From Nitrospinales bacterium (GTDB lineage Bacteria > Nitrospinota > Nitrospinia > Nitrospinales > VA-1): a stretch of 64,000 nt of DNA. Position numbers and translations under genes: made by a program. The stretch lies in the NCBI GenBank assembly GCA_965223345.1, contig CBDCWG010000012.1, positions 2,816,001 through 2,880,000 on the forward strand, given 5' to 3'. Shown here piece after piece: positions 40,636 through 49,942 of the stretch; within the stretch, counting starts at the first letter, position 1, and the number at the start of each line of letters is the position of its first letter. Below the pieces are notes generated by a model that was not told the DNA's origin, did not search any database, and saw nothing but the letters and a program-made list of their open reading frames with translations.

Positions 40636-40663
40636 AAAAAAAAGGGGGAAGAAAGCTTCCCCT
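40636..40663 (-). terminator. Intrinsic terminator after the OmpR-family regulator
   Basis: GGGGAAG-aaag-CTTCCCC hairpin with an adjacent A8 tract. Confidence 0.7.
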
Positions 40664-40745
40664 GTCAAACGGTGATTTTCGCTTCGATCCGCCCCCAGCT
40701 TTCCAGCCGCCGGGGCGGCGATCGATCGAATGCTTTATGTGCGCC

Positions 40746-41429
40746 TCATTTGTCCTGAAAACGGTAACCGACACCGCGAACGGTTTCGATGTATTCGCCG
40801 GCGTCCTTCAGTTTGGAGCGCAGCCTCTGGATGTGGGTGTCGATGGTGCGGGAAAACACACCGTCGCCGTACTCCCAGATCTGTTCCAGCAGCACGTCGC
40901 GCGGTTTGATCTTGCCGGGCGATTCGATCAGACGCGCCAGCAGTTTGAATTCGGTGAGCGTCAGCTCGACGTCCTTGTTCTTCACCTTGACCGCGTGATT
41001 GGCGAGATTGACGGACAGGCAGCCATACTTGAAATGCTCCTTCGGTTCGGGCGACGCGTACACGCGTTTGAGCACGCTCTTGATGCGCAGGATCACTTCC
41101 CGGGTGTTGAAGGGCTTGGTGATGTAATCGTCGGCTCCGAATTCGAGTCCCAGAACGCGGTCGATTTCTTCGTCCCTCGCCGTCAGCATGACAATGGGCA
41201 CGTGCGAGCTGCGCGGATCGAGACGGATTTCCTTGCACACGTCCATGCCGCTCATGTCCGGCAGGTTGACGTCCAGCACCACGAGATCGGGGGTCTTGGC
41301 CCGTATCCATTTGACCGCGGACTCGCCGTCGGCCACCGTCTGCACCTTGAAACCGTCCTTGCCCAGCTTCAGTTCCAGGGCCGCCGTCAAATCCTTGTCA
41401 TCATCGACCAGCAAAATGTTGTTTTTCAT
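40746..41429 (-). CDS. OmpR/PhoB family response regulator (orphan)
   Basis: ILLVDDD, LDVNLP, MLTAR, GADDYITKPF, LTLTEFKLL, RTIDTHIQRLRSKL, TVRGVGY. ATG at 41429. Confidence 0.95.
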   Translation of the reverse strand: MKNNILLVDDDKDLTAALELKLGKDGFKVQTVADGESAVKWIRAKTPDLVVLDVNLPDMSGMDVCKEIRLDPRSSHVPIVMLTARDEEIDRVLGLEFGADDYITKPFNTREVILRIKSVLKRVYASPEPKEHFKYGCLSVNLANHAVKVKNKDVELTLTEFKLLARLIESPGKIKPRDVLLEQIWEYGDGVFSRTIDTHIQRLRSKLKDAGEYIETVRGVGYRFQDK

Positions 41430-41628
41430 AAATTGCTTCCTTCCAAGTGGGACTCTTGCCGCCGTTTCGGCTTGGGCTTGTGACTCCAGCTCACGCACCG
41501 GCCGTCCCGGCGATTTCATTTCGAAACCGGTTTCCCATCCTTGCGGACGGGATGTCATTTTTCTCCTGCCGTTTTGCAAACCGCCGGCAATTGCTTACGC
41601 CCAAACGGTTAATTTTTATTCTGCGCGT

Positions 41629-42285
41629 TCATGCCTCGAGGATCTTCTCCTGGCGAAAAAAATGCAGGCAGTCCTCGACGATCCAGTCAACCTTGTCCAG
41701 CAATTGATGATCCGAATTCAACTCTTCGAGCTGGCACCAGGGATGTTCTTTCACAAACGCGCGCGATTCCGAAATGTCCACCGTGTCGTCGTGAATTCCA
41801 TGCACGATGCGCACTGGAATTCTTTTGCTGAACGCCAATTTTTCCCAGCGCTCCGCGTCCCGGAAAATATCGGTCTTTAGATGGATATATTTATTGTACC
41901 GATAATGGAAGACCTGGATCAAGTCCGGAATCTGATTTTCTCCTTTAAATTCAGCCCGAAGCCGTTCCTTCCAGCGTCCGAGGAAATTGAAGCCGGGGGC
42001 CATCAGATACAGCCCGACGACGTCCTGACGCCTCTGGGCGATCAGGGAGGCCAAAAATCCGCCCATGCTGCTGCCGATCAGGGCGAACCGGCTGCCCCGC
42101 AATGCGTTCATACAGCCTTCGGCGATCTCCACCTGGCTGGACAGCGTCATCCGTTGAAAATCCCCGCCTTGCAGGTCAGGAACTTTGAGCGGCAGCGAGC
42201 GCTCGCCGAACTCCTTTTTGAACACCTGCGCCTTGCTGGAACCGGGTCCGGATGCGAACCCATGCAGATAGACAAATTCAGTCAC
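41629..42285 (-). CDS. YqiA/YcfP family alpha/beta esterase
   Basis: YLHGFASGP.S.K, GSSMGG, HGIHDDTV, SDH. Confidence 0.9.
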   Translation of the reverse strand: MTEFVYLHGFASGPGSSKAQVFKKEFGERSLPLKVPDLQGGDFQRMTLSSQVEIAEGCMNALRGSRFALIGSSMGGFLASLIAQRRQDVVGLYLMAPGFNFLGRWKERLRAEFKGENQIPDLIQVFHYRYNKYIHLKTDIFRDAERWEKLAFSKRIPVRIVHGIHDDTVDISESRAFVKEHPWCQLEELNSDHQLLDKVDWIVEDCLHFFRQEKILEA

Positions 42286-42358
42286 GATTTTTCAGCCTGT
42301 TTGGACCCAATTCGCAATTACGGGTTTCCGGGAACGCCGGTTTTCACCGCAAAAAGCG

Positions 42359-43666
42359 TCATTTTTTCGCCAGGGCTTCCTTGGCTTTGCCTTCCAGTTC
42401 CTGCACGCTCGGCCGCATCCACTTGAGCAGCACCAGCCCCGGAAGCGCCGCCAGAAACGTCACGAAGAAAAACGGGATCCAGCCCGTCAATCCCATCCCG
42501 CCGACCAGGGCTTTCGCCAGGATGCCCGAAGGCGGCCCGCCGAAGATCCTTCCCAGCGACGAGGCTGCCGACAGCAGGGCGTACTGCATGGCGGTGAAAC
42601 GGTGGTCGCACAGAGCCATGAGAAACGCGATGAAGGCGACGGTGCCCATGCCGCCGGCCACATTTTCCAGTGTGACGGCGACGACGAGGACGAAATAGCT
42701 CTTGCCCACCGACGCCAGCCACATGAACGACAGGTTCGAGACGGCCTGCAGGATGCCGAAGTTCATCAGCGACCGGTACAGGCCCCAGCGGGTCACCAGG
42801 ACGCCGCCCCACAGGGTGCCGGCGATGGTGGCGGCGAAGACGATCACTTTGTAGATCGCGCCCAGCTCCACCTTGGTGAAACCCAGCCCTTCGATGTTGG
42901 GGCCGCCGCGTAAAAACGGCAGCGTGAAGATGCCGGCAGTGGCATCGCCCAGCTTGTAAAGGACGATCAAAACCAGAAAACCCCAGGCGCCCGGCCGGGA
43001 GAAAAATTCTTTCAGCGGGTCGATCACCGCATCCGCCAGCGTCCTGGGAGGCACGGTCTTTTCGTCCGGCTCCGGCCCCATCACGGAAGCCAGCACGCCG
43101 ATCCCCATAAACGCGGCCATGCCGAGAAAGGTCAGCCGCCAGCCCAGGTACTCGGCCAGGATCAAAGCCAGCGCGCCGGAAACCAGCATGGCCAGCCGGT
43201 AGCCGGTCACATAAACCGCCGCTCCCGGTCCGCGCTCCCGCGCCGGCAGCACATCGGTGCGGTAGGCATCGACCACGATGTCCTGCGACGCAGACGAAAA
43301 TGCCAAAGCCAGCGCCAGTCCGGCGATCAACCAGGGCATCTCCACCGGGGAGGACGAACTCATGCCGACGATGCAGAAAATGACCCCCACCTGAAACAGC
43401 AGGATCCATCCGCGTCTTCGCCCCAGAACCGGCGGAATGTAGCGATCCAGAACGGGCGCCCAGAGAAACTTGAAGGCGTAAGGCGCGGCCACCATGCCGA
43501 AAAAGCCGATGGTCTTGAGATCCACGCCCTCTTCCGTCATCCACACCTGCAGCGTGCTGCCGGAAAGCGCCAGGGGCAGCCCCGAGGCAAAACCCAGGAG
43601 CATCACCGTCCCTATGCGGATATTGGCCAGCGACTTGAGGGTGGATAGGACCGATTCTTTATTCAC
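42359..43666 (-). CDS. ampG: AmpG family muropeptide MFS transporter
   Basis: LGFASGLP, KFLWAP..D, GRRRGW, SASQDIVVDAYR, LYKLGD, QYALLS. Confidence 0.95.
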   Translation of the reverse strand: MNKESVLSTLKSLANIRIGTVMLLGFASGLPLALSGSTLQVWMTEEGVDLKTIGFFGMVAAPYAFKFLWAPVLDRYIPPVLGRRRGWILLFQVGVIFCIVGMSSSSPVEMPWLIAGLALALAFSSASQDIVVDAYRTDVLPARERGPGAAVYVTGYRLAMLVSGALALILAEYLGWRLTFLGMAAFMGIGVLASVMGPEPDEKTVPPRTLADAVIDPLKEFFSRPGAWGFLVLIVLYKLGDATAGIFTLPFLRGGPNIEGLGFTKVELGAIYKVIVFAATIAGTLWGGVLVTRWGLYRSLMNFGILQAVSNLSFMWLASVGKSYFVLVVAVTLENVAGGMGTVAFIAFLMALCDHRFTAMQYALLSAASSLGRIFGGPPSGILAKALVGGMGLTGWIPFFFVTFLAALPGLVLLKWMRPSVQELEGKAKEALAKK

Positions 43667-43849
43667 ACTCTCAGGATACCAAAAGTTCCTTTATTTTCAA
43701 TATTTTAAATAAATTACCCCTGAATTTCCGGTCTTTTTCGCATCCCGCGAACGTGCGCAAGATATCTCTATATCATTGATTTTATTGATTAAATAGCACC
43801 CTCCCCCCTCAATATCCTTGAATTTTCGTCTAATTACGGCATAACTTCG

Positions 43850-43879
43850 TTGACATTAAGCCTATAAGTACAATAAAAT
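43850..43879 (+). promoter_or_regulatory. Sigma70-type promoter of the motB-cyaA-motA operon
   Basis: TTGACA-N18-TAAAAT in an AT-rich divergent intergenic region. Confidence 0.6.
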
Positions 43880-43982
43880 CAATAATAAACCCTATTTAGC
43901 CCCATCGATGCATCACGACGTCCGGAAGACGCGCATGCGTTCCGGTGCGTGGTTTTCGACTTCAGTGCGCGGATAATCGACT

Positions 43983-45521
43983 ATGAAAAACATGGACTCT
44001 TTGCAGATGGTGAAGGAACAGTTGAAGTTCCAGTCGCGCCGGCTGCAGAAGGTCCTGCAGGAAAAGGAAACGCTGCAAAACGAGCTGAAGGATTTCAAGT
44101 TCAACCACGAGAGCGAAATCTTCACGCTCAAGGAAACGATCGACGACAAAGACAAGATCATTCAGGAAGAGCAGCGCAAAGCTCTGGAAGCGCAGGTGGC
44201 GGCCACTTCCGCGCGTTCGCTGCGAACCTCTGCGGTTGACACGCATGTGCTGGCGGAAGACGACGATTCGCTGCCGCTCAATCCGGCGGACCTGAGACGC
44301 AAACTGATCATCCTGAGGGACCGCACTCTGCTTCTCCGGGAGCAGATCGAAGAAGAGAAACGCATCAACGTGCAGCTCAACGACGAGAATTCCCAGCTGC
44401 ACAAGGATCTCAAGGATTTGCACCGCGAAACCAACGCCGCCCAGGAGTTGAAGGCGAAGATTGAAGGACTGCGGGACCAGTTGAACGAAGCCCGGGAAAG
44501 CTCTTCCTTCTCTGGCCCCGCGATCAAGAAGCTGGTGCAGGAAAAGGAACAACTGCTGGACAAGTACGAAAAGATGGTGTTCGGCGATCTGTTTCCGGAT
44601 GGCAAGGGCGCGCTCGAGCAGGAAATCATCCAGGACCTGAAAACCGAGGTGGAGGACCTGGAATCGGAGAAGAACGCCATCCATCTGGAACTGGAGCTGA
44701 TGAAGGAAGACAACGCCCAGATGGAATCCAAGGTGAGCCTGCTGGAAGAAAGGGAGATCCAGGACGATTCCGAATACCGCACCAACTCCGAGAGCCGCGC
44801 GGCGGTCACCTCCGAGTTTTTCGGCGGGCTGGAGAATTTCCTCGTCACCTACTCGGACATGATCACCCTGCTTCTGGTGGTGTTCGTGCTGCTGTATTCC
44901 ATCTCCCGGGTGGACGACGAAAAATTCGCCGAAGCGCTGTCCTCGTTTCAGGAAAAGGAGCTGCGCATTGAAAAGGTCAATGTGCGGCTCGACTCCAAGG
45001 AGCTGGAAATGCTCAAACGGGTCAAGGAGCTGGTCAAGGACAACGTCGATCCGGAGAGCCTGGTGCGCAGCGACGTGCGCACGGTGATGATCCGGCTGAA
45101 ATCCTCGGACCTGTTCGCACCGGGAAGCGCCACATTGATAGAAGGCGCGGAGGATCTGATTCTCAACGCCATCGCCGCAGAGATGCAGGACGGCGTCAAG
45201 CAGGTGCTGGTGGACGGCCACACGGACGATGTGCCGCTGGGCGACGGTTCGGTCTATCCGAGCAACTGGGAGCTCTCGACTGCGCGGGCGTCCGGGGTGG
45301 CGCGGGTCATTCTGGGAAAAATGAACCTGCCGCCGGAACGCATGGTGGTCACGGGCTACGGCCAGTACCGGCCTTACAAACCGAACAACAGCGACCAGAA
45401 CCGCTCGCTCAACCGGCGGGTGGAGATCAAGATATTGAAGGACAAAGCGCTGGAAACCGGGCAGCAGGAGTCCAAAAAGCGGGGCAGCTCGATCGCCCCG
45501 GAAGCCCTGAAACTGAGTTGA
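43983..45521 (+). CDS. motB: MotB/PomB family stator subunit with a ~285-aa N-terminal coiled coil
   Basis: TM FLVTYSDMITLLLVVFVLLYSIS with the conserved Asp (D292), a plug-like helix, and an OmpA-like PG-binding domain (GHTDDVP, SNWELSTARA, GYG, NRRVEI). The N-terminus is E/K/L heptad-rich. Confidence 0.9.
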   Translation: MKNMDSLQMVKEQLKFQSRRLQKVLQEKETLQNELKDFKFNHESEIFTLKETIDDKDKIIQEEQRKALEAQVAATSARSLRTSAVDTHVLAEDDDSLPLNPADLRRKLIILRDRTLLLREQIEEEKRINVQLNDENSQLHKDLKDLHRETNAAQELKAKIEGLRDQLNEARESSSFSGPAIKKLVQEKEQLLDKYEKMVFGDLFPDGKGALEQEIIQDLKTEVEDLESEKNAIHLELELMKEDNAQMESKVSLLEEREIQDDSEYRTNSESRAAVTSEFFGGLENFLVTYSDMITLLLVVFVLLYSISRVDDEKFAEALSSFQEKELRIEKVNVRLDSKELEMLKRVKELVKDNVDPESLVRSDVRTVMIRLKSSDLFAPGSATLIEGAEDLILNAIAAEMQDGVKQVLVDGHTDDVPLGDGSVYPSNWELSTARASGVARVILGKMNLPPERMVVTGYGQYRPYKPNNSDQNRSLNRRVEIKILKDKALETGQQESKKRGSSIAPEALKLS

Positions 45522-45546
45522 ATCCTTTAATCGAGAGCGGCCTTTG

Positions 45547-47631
45547 ATGGAAGCGGCAGCACAAAACAGCACGAAACCGGGCAATCTCTTCGGCAACCGC
45601 CAGAAATTTCTCCGTTTCAATCAGTTCAAGATCGACCGCACCCTGAAAACCCTGAGCGAGACGGATCGCACGGTGTTTGCGGTGCTGCCGCGGCTGCTGC
45701 ACGTCAACCAGGAGGGGCTGCCGGGTTATCTGGACGATCAGGTGCCGTGCGGCATCTTCAATTTCGAGCTGTCGCGCGAATGCCAGGTGCACTGCGAAAA
45801 ACTGTTTCCCAACGTCATCATCCGCCGCAACGAGCGGCTCAGCCCGATCATCTACTCGGTTCTGCTGATCGGCAGCGTCGGCACCGTCGCGCAGACCAAA
45901 AAATCGGACCTGGACTTCACCCTGCTGGTGGACAAATCCAAGTTCACCGACGAATCGATGCGGCTGTTCCAGAAGAAGCTCAACCTGATCGAGCAGTGGA
46001 CCTGGAACGAGTATCAGCTGGAGACGCATTTTTTCATCAACGACCATCAGGAAGTGAAAAACAACATCTTCGGCGAAAGCGACAGCGAAAGCACCGGCTC
46101 GGCGCTGGCGCAGCTGCTCAAGGAGGAGATGTACCGCAGCCTGATCCTGGTTTCCGGGAAAATCCCCTTCTGGTGGATCGTGCCGGTGAACACCGACGAC
46201 GCGACCTACGACAAAATGTACCACCGGGTGGGAACGGGCAAGACGCTGTTGAAAAAAGAGGATTTCATCGACATCGGCAATCTGGACGACATCTCCGACG
46301 GCGAGTTTTTCGGCGGCTCGATCTGGACGCTGATCAAATCGTTCAGCTCGCCGTTCAAGCAGCTGATGAAAATGGGGCTGCTGGAAGACTACATGTTCAA
46401 CCGCACCCGCTTCAACCTGCTGTGCCACGAGGTGAAACACCGGGTGCATTCCGACACGCCGCACAAGTCGATCGATCCCTACATCCTGCTGTTCGAGCGG
46501 GTGCAGAAGTTTTTCGAGGAAAGCAAAACGCCGAACGAACTCGACGCGCTGCGCGCCGCGTTCTACATGAAGGTGGGAACCCAGATCACGGCGGAGGAAT
46601 TCGAATGCGGCTCGGAAGACTGGAAAAAATTCGCCCTGGTGGAGCTGCTGCACACCTGGGGCTGGCCGACCGCCAAGCTGGACCAGATCAACGGCTACAA
46701 CGGCTGGCAGATGAAGCAGAAAGTGGCCCTAGGCAACCGCATCAACAAAATCCTGATGAATTCCTACCGCAACATTTCGGAAAAAAACGACACGCTGGAA
46801 TCCGGCAAGAACCTGATCTCGGAAAAGGACACGCATCTGCTGGGCCGCAAGCTGTTCAGCTTTTACCGCAAAGCGCCCAACAAGGTGGAAAACCTGTTTT
46901 CGCTGGTGGACGGGGAAACGGCGGAGAAGGAGCTGACGTTCCTCTACGATCAACCGGCGGAACGGCGCGAGGGGCACTGGTATCTGATCCGCGGCCGCAC
47001 GTCGGCGTTCATCGAACAGATCGCGCCGGAGAACATCATCAAAAAATCGGCGACATTTCCGTTTCTGATCGCGTTCGCCGCGTTCAACAAGCTGTACCGC
47101 AGCTCGACCGATCTGATGGTGCGCGCCGAAGGCAACACGATCCGGGAAACCGACGTGCGGATTCTGCTCAACCAGCTGTCGTCGTTCTTTTCCCAAGTCA
47201 ACATCGCGGCGATCTCCAACAAGGACCTGCTTTCCGATGTGCGCATCAACAAACTGTATCTGCTGGTCGATTTCGGCGTCCCCATCCCGCGGGAAATCGT
47301 GATGGGCAACATCCGCGAATGCAAAACCGAAGAGGAACTGTCCCGGTTCATCAACCGGCGGCTGGAACGCATCCGCAGCATGACGACGATCTACCTGACC
47401 TCCTGGGGCGAGCTGTTTTGTAAAACCTATTCCGGCCTGCACTGCATGGACCGCGGCCTGCACGAGCTGACGCCGCAGATCGATCCCGAAAGCGTGCAGA
47501 ACCGCAACTTTTTAAAAGTGTATGTGCCGACGGGACGCAGCGAGATATTGATGATCCCCTGGCTGAACAATTATCTGAAACGATCTCTGCAAACCAGAAA
47601 AAGGGCCTACGCCGAAACGGCGGCGGGCTGA
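45547..47631 (+). CDS. cyaA: Class I adenylate cyclase
   Basis: LP.LLH.N...LPGY, GSVGTVAQTKKSDLD, ETHFF, LLKEEMYRS, GKIPFWW, SPFK, DPY, FY.K match class I cyclase blocks. Confidence 0.9.
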   Translation: MEAAAQNSTKPGNLFGNRQKFLRFNQFKIDRTLKTLSETDRTVFAVLPRLLHVNQEGLPGYLDDQVPCGIFNFELSRECQVHCEKLFPNVIIRRNERLSPIIYSVLLIGSVGTVAQTKKSDLDFTLLVDKSKFTDESMRLFQKKLNLIEQWTWNEYQLETHFFINDHQEVKNNIFGESDSESTGSALAQLLKEEMYRSLILVSGKIPFWWIVPVNTDDATYDKMYHRVGTGKTLLKKEDFIDIGNLDDISDGEFFGGSIWTLIKSFSSPFKQLMKMGLLEDYMFNRTRFNLLCHEVKHRVHSDTPHKSIDPYILLFERVQKFFEESKTPNELDALRAAFYMKVGTQITAEEFECGSEDWKKFALVELLHTWGWPTAKLDQINGYNGWQMKQKVALGNRINKILMNSYRNISEKNDTLESGKNLISEKDTHLLGRKLFSFYRKAPNKVENLFSLVDGETAEKELTFLYDQPAERREGHWYLIRGRTSAFIEQIAPENIIKKSATFPFLIAFAAFNKLYRSSTDLMVRAEGNTIRETDVRILLNQLSSFFSQVNIAAISNKDLLSDVRINKLYLLVDFGVPIPREIVMGNIRECKTEEELSRFINRRLERIRSMTTIYLTSWGELFCKTYSGLHCMDRGLHELTPQIDPESVQNRNFLKVYVPTGRSEILMIPWLNNYLKRSLQTRKRAYAETAAG

Positions 47632-47639
47632 ACACAATC

Positions 47640-48464
47640 ATGGCGACGGCAGTCAAAGAAGCGGAACGCATTCGAACACTCGTACACACGGACTCCAAGG
47701 AAGCGATGCGCGTGGAGAAGGGCACGTACGTGGGAATCCTGGCGGGAACCGGGTTGATCGCCATCGCCATCCTGCGCGGCGGCGATCCGGGCCTGTTTTT
47801 GAATATCAACAGCGCGCTGATCGTTCTAGGCGGCACCCTGGCGACCACGTTCATCGCATTTTCGTCGCGCCGCATCCTGCGAATGCTGCCGGTGATCCTG
47901 CACGCCTTCAAGAAAGAAACGCGGCGCACCACGGACTATGTGGACGACGTAATGCTGCTGGCGTCCAACTACCGCACCGGAGGCATGAAGAAACTGGAAA
48001 GCCGGGAGGAAAACCTGGAGAACCGGTTTCTGCGCAGCGGCGTGTCGATGATCGTCGATGGCTACAGCTCGCGCGAGATCAACGAAATCCTCGACCGGGA
48101 GATCGCCTCCATGATCGAGCGGCACCACGCGGGCCAGAAAATCCTGCGCTTCATGGCCATGCAGGCGCCGGTGTTCGGGATGTGCGGCACGCTGATCGGA
48201 CTGATCCAGATGCTGATGCACCTGGACGATCCGGCGAAGATCGGCCCGTACCTGGCGACGGCCCTGATCACCACGTTTTACGGGCTCATCCTGGCCAACC
48301 TGGTGATCACGCCGTTGGTGGCGAAGCTGCACTCCAAGACCGAACACGAAACGTTGATCAACAAAGCGCTGCGGGTCGGCGTCCTGGGCATCCACGACCG
48401 GCTGAACCCGCAGAAAATCAGAAAGAACATGAACTCGCTCTTACCCCCGGACCAGCAAAGGTAA
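47640..48464 (+). CDS. motA: MotA/PomA family stator subunit
   Basis: IVLGGT, RxGGxxxLE, FL..G...IVDG, APVFGMCGTLIGLIQML, IGP..A.ALITTFYG..LAN. Confidence 0.92.
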   Translation: MATAVKEAERIRTLVHTDSKEAMRVEKGTYVGILAGTGLIAIAILRGGDPGLFLNINSALIVLGGTLATTFIAFSSRRILRMLPVILHAFKKETRRTTDYVDDVMLLASNYRTGGMKKLESREENLENRFLRSGVSMIVDGYSSREINEILDREIASMIERHHAGQKILRFMAMQAPVFGMCGTLIGLIQMLMHLDDPAKIGPYLATALITTFYGLILANLVITPLVAKLHSKTEHETLINKALRVGVLGIHDRLNPQKIRKNMNSLLPPDQQR

Positions 48465-48471
48465 AGGAATT

Positions 48472-49326
48472 ATGTCGCAACAAGTGGAAGAATTTCTGGA
48501 ACTGATCAAGGAAAACCCGCAGCAGAACGGGCAGGACTTCAGCGAATACAAGCTGGAGGGCATCCGCCTGAGCGGTGTGCGCATGGACTCGGCGCGCCTG
48601 AACCGCATCAATTTTGCGGAAGCGGAGCTTTCGCAGATGCGGGTCACGCGCAGCCAGATGCAGCAGGCTTCGCTGCGCAAGGCCCGGATCAAGGATGTGG
48701 ACTTTTCCGGCGCCAACCTTCAGGGCACAGACTTTCAGGACGCGGTGCTGGTCAACTGCGTGTTCCGCAACACCAATCTGGAAAACTGCGACTTCTCCGG
48801 CGCGCAGCTCAAATCCTGCGACCTGAAGGGCGCGAACATGGGCTACGCCAATTTTTACTCGGCGAAGATGAAGGACTGCGACCTGTCGTTCGCGCGCATG
48901 ATCTACGGCTTCCTCAAGGAGATCGAGATCATCAATTCGCGCATGAACGGCATCAACGCGCGCGGCTCGGATTTCAGCTACGCCAAAATCGGCAACGTCG
49001 ATCTGAGCGGCGGCAACCTGAAATACGCCGATCTCAATTCCTGCACGCTGAAAAAAGTCAACCTGCGCACGGCGATCCTGATCGGCGCGGAACTCAAGGA
49101 CGCGCACTGCGTGCACCTGACCATCGAGGAAGCCAACCTGGAAGGCGCGAACCTGACCTACGCCAACCTGGAGGGCTCCAACCTGAAAAACGCCTTCCTG
49201 CTGGAGGCGAACCTGCACGGCACCAATTTCACCAACGCCAATCTGAAAGACGCCTACGTGGTCGATGCCAACATCGCCAAGGCCATCACCAAAGGCGCCA
49301 ACCTGGAAAACACCGTGCTGCAATAG
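48472..49326 (+). CDS. Pentapeptide repeat protein
   Basis: Continuous A(D/N)L/FxX repeats over ~260 aa. No signal peptide. Confidence 0.95.
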   Translation: MSQQVEEFLELIKENPQQNGQDFSEYKLEGIRLSGVRMDSARLNRINFAEAELSQMRVTRSQMQQASLRKARIKDVDFSGANLQGTDFQDAVLVNCVFRNTNLENCDFSGAQLKSCDLKGANMGYANFYSAKMKDCDLSFARMIYGFLKEIEIINSRMNGINARGSDFSYAKIGNVDLSGGNLKYADLNSCTLKKVNLRTAILIGAELKDAHCVHLTIEEANLEGANLTYANLEGSNLKNAFLLEANLHGTNFTNANLKDAYVVDANIAKAITKGANLENTVLQ

Positions 49327-49573
49327 TCCCCTTTCCCACTGCACTCAAAGCGGGCAAGCCCCGATAGACACTATTTCCATAGCTTGCCAAATCCTCTGTA
49401 TTTCCGCCGCGAACGCCTGTTTGCGCGGCATCATACTCACAACCATTACCACTATATTTAATGGTATCGTTTATCATTAACCTGGTGTGCGTTGCCTTTA
49501 GGCGTTGTCAAACCGCGTCGTATGCGTTGGGCGGCGTGTTCGTGTAAAACGGGACGAAGATGAAGGAACGATC

Positions 49574-49942
49574 ATGGCGGAAACGGTTCTGGCTCTGCAT
49601 CTGTTGATCATCCTGTTTTTTCTGGTGGGATTCCCGGTCGGGCTGATCACCAACCACCGGTTACTGCGGCTGTTTCACGCCGCGGCGCTGGCTTTCGTGA
49701 CCGGGCTCATGCTGCTCGGCATCCCCTGCCCGCTCACAATCTGGGAGGAAGCGCTGAGCGAGGGGTCCTACGAGGGCTCGTTCATCGCGTTCTGGCTGAG
49801 ACGGATTATCTATCTCGAGTGGTTCGAGCCGCGCCACGTGCTGATCGCCGATGTGATCTTCGCGGTGCTGGTGTTCACCTCGTTTATCTGGCGGCCTCTG
49901 CGAAAAAAAGACCGCAAGCAGGCCACGCCCGCCGGCTCATGA
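49574..49942 (+). CDS. DUF2784 family membrane protein
   Basis: LH..IILF, CPLTIWE, YEGSFI motifs. ATG 49574 after GAAGGA. Confidence 0.8.
   Translation: MAETVLALHLLIILFFLVGFPVGLITNHRLLRLFHAAALAFVTGLMLLGIPCPLTIWEEALSEGSYEGSFIAFWLRRIIYLEWFEPRHVLIADVIFAVLVFTSFIWRPLRKKDRKQATPAGS

Noticed and set aside
43983..49326. Canonical Zorya system or plain flagellar motAB locus
   Set aside because: No ZorC/D/E-like genes, the A subunit has no long tail and is PomA-like, gene order is inverted, and no fli/flg/che genes are nearby.
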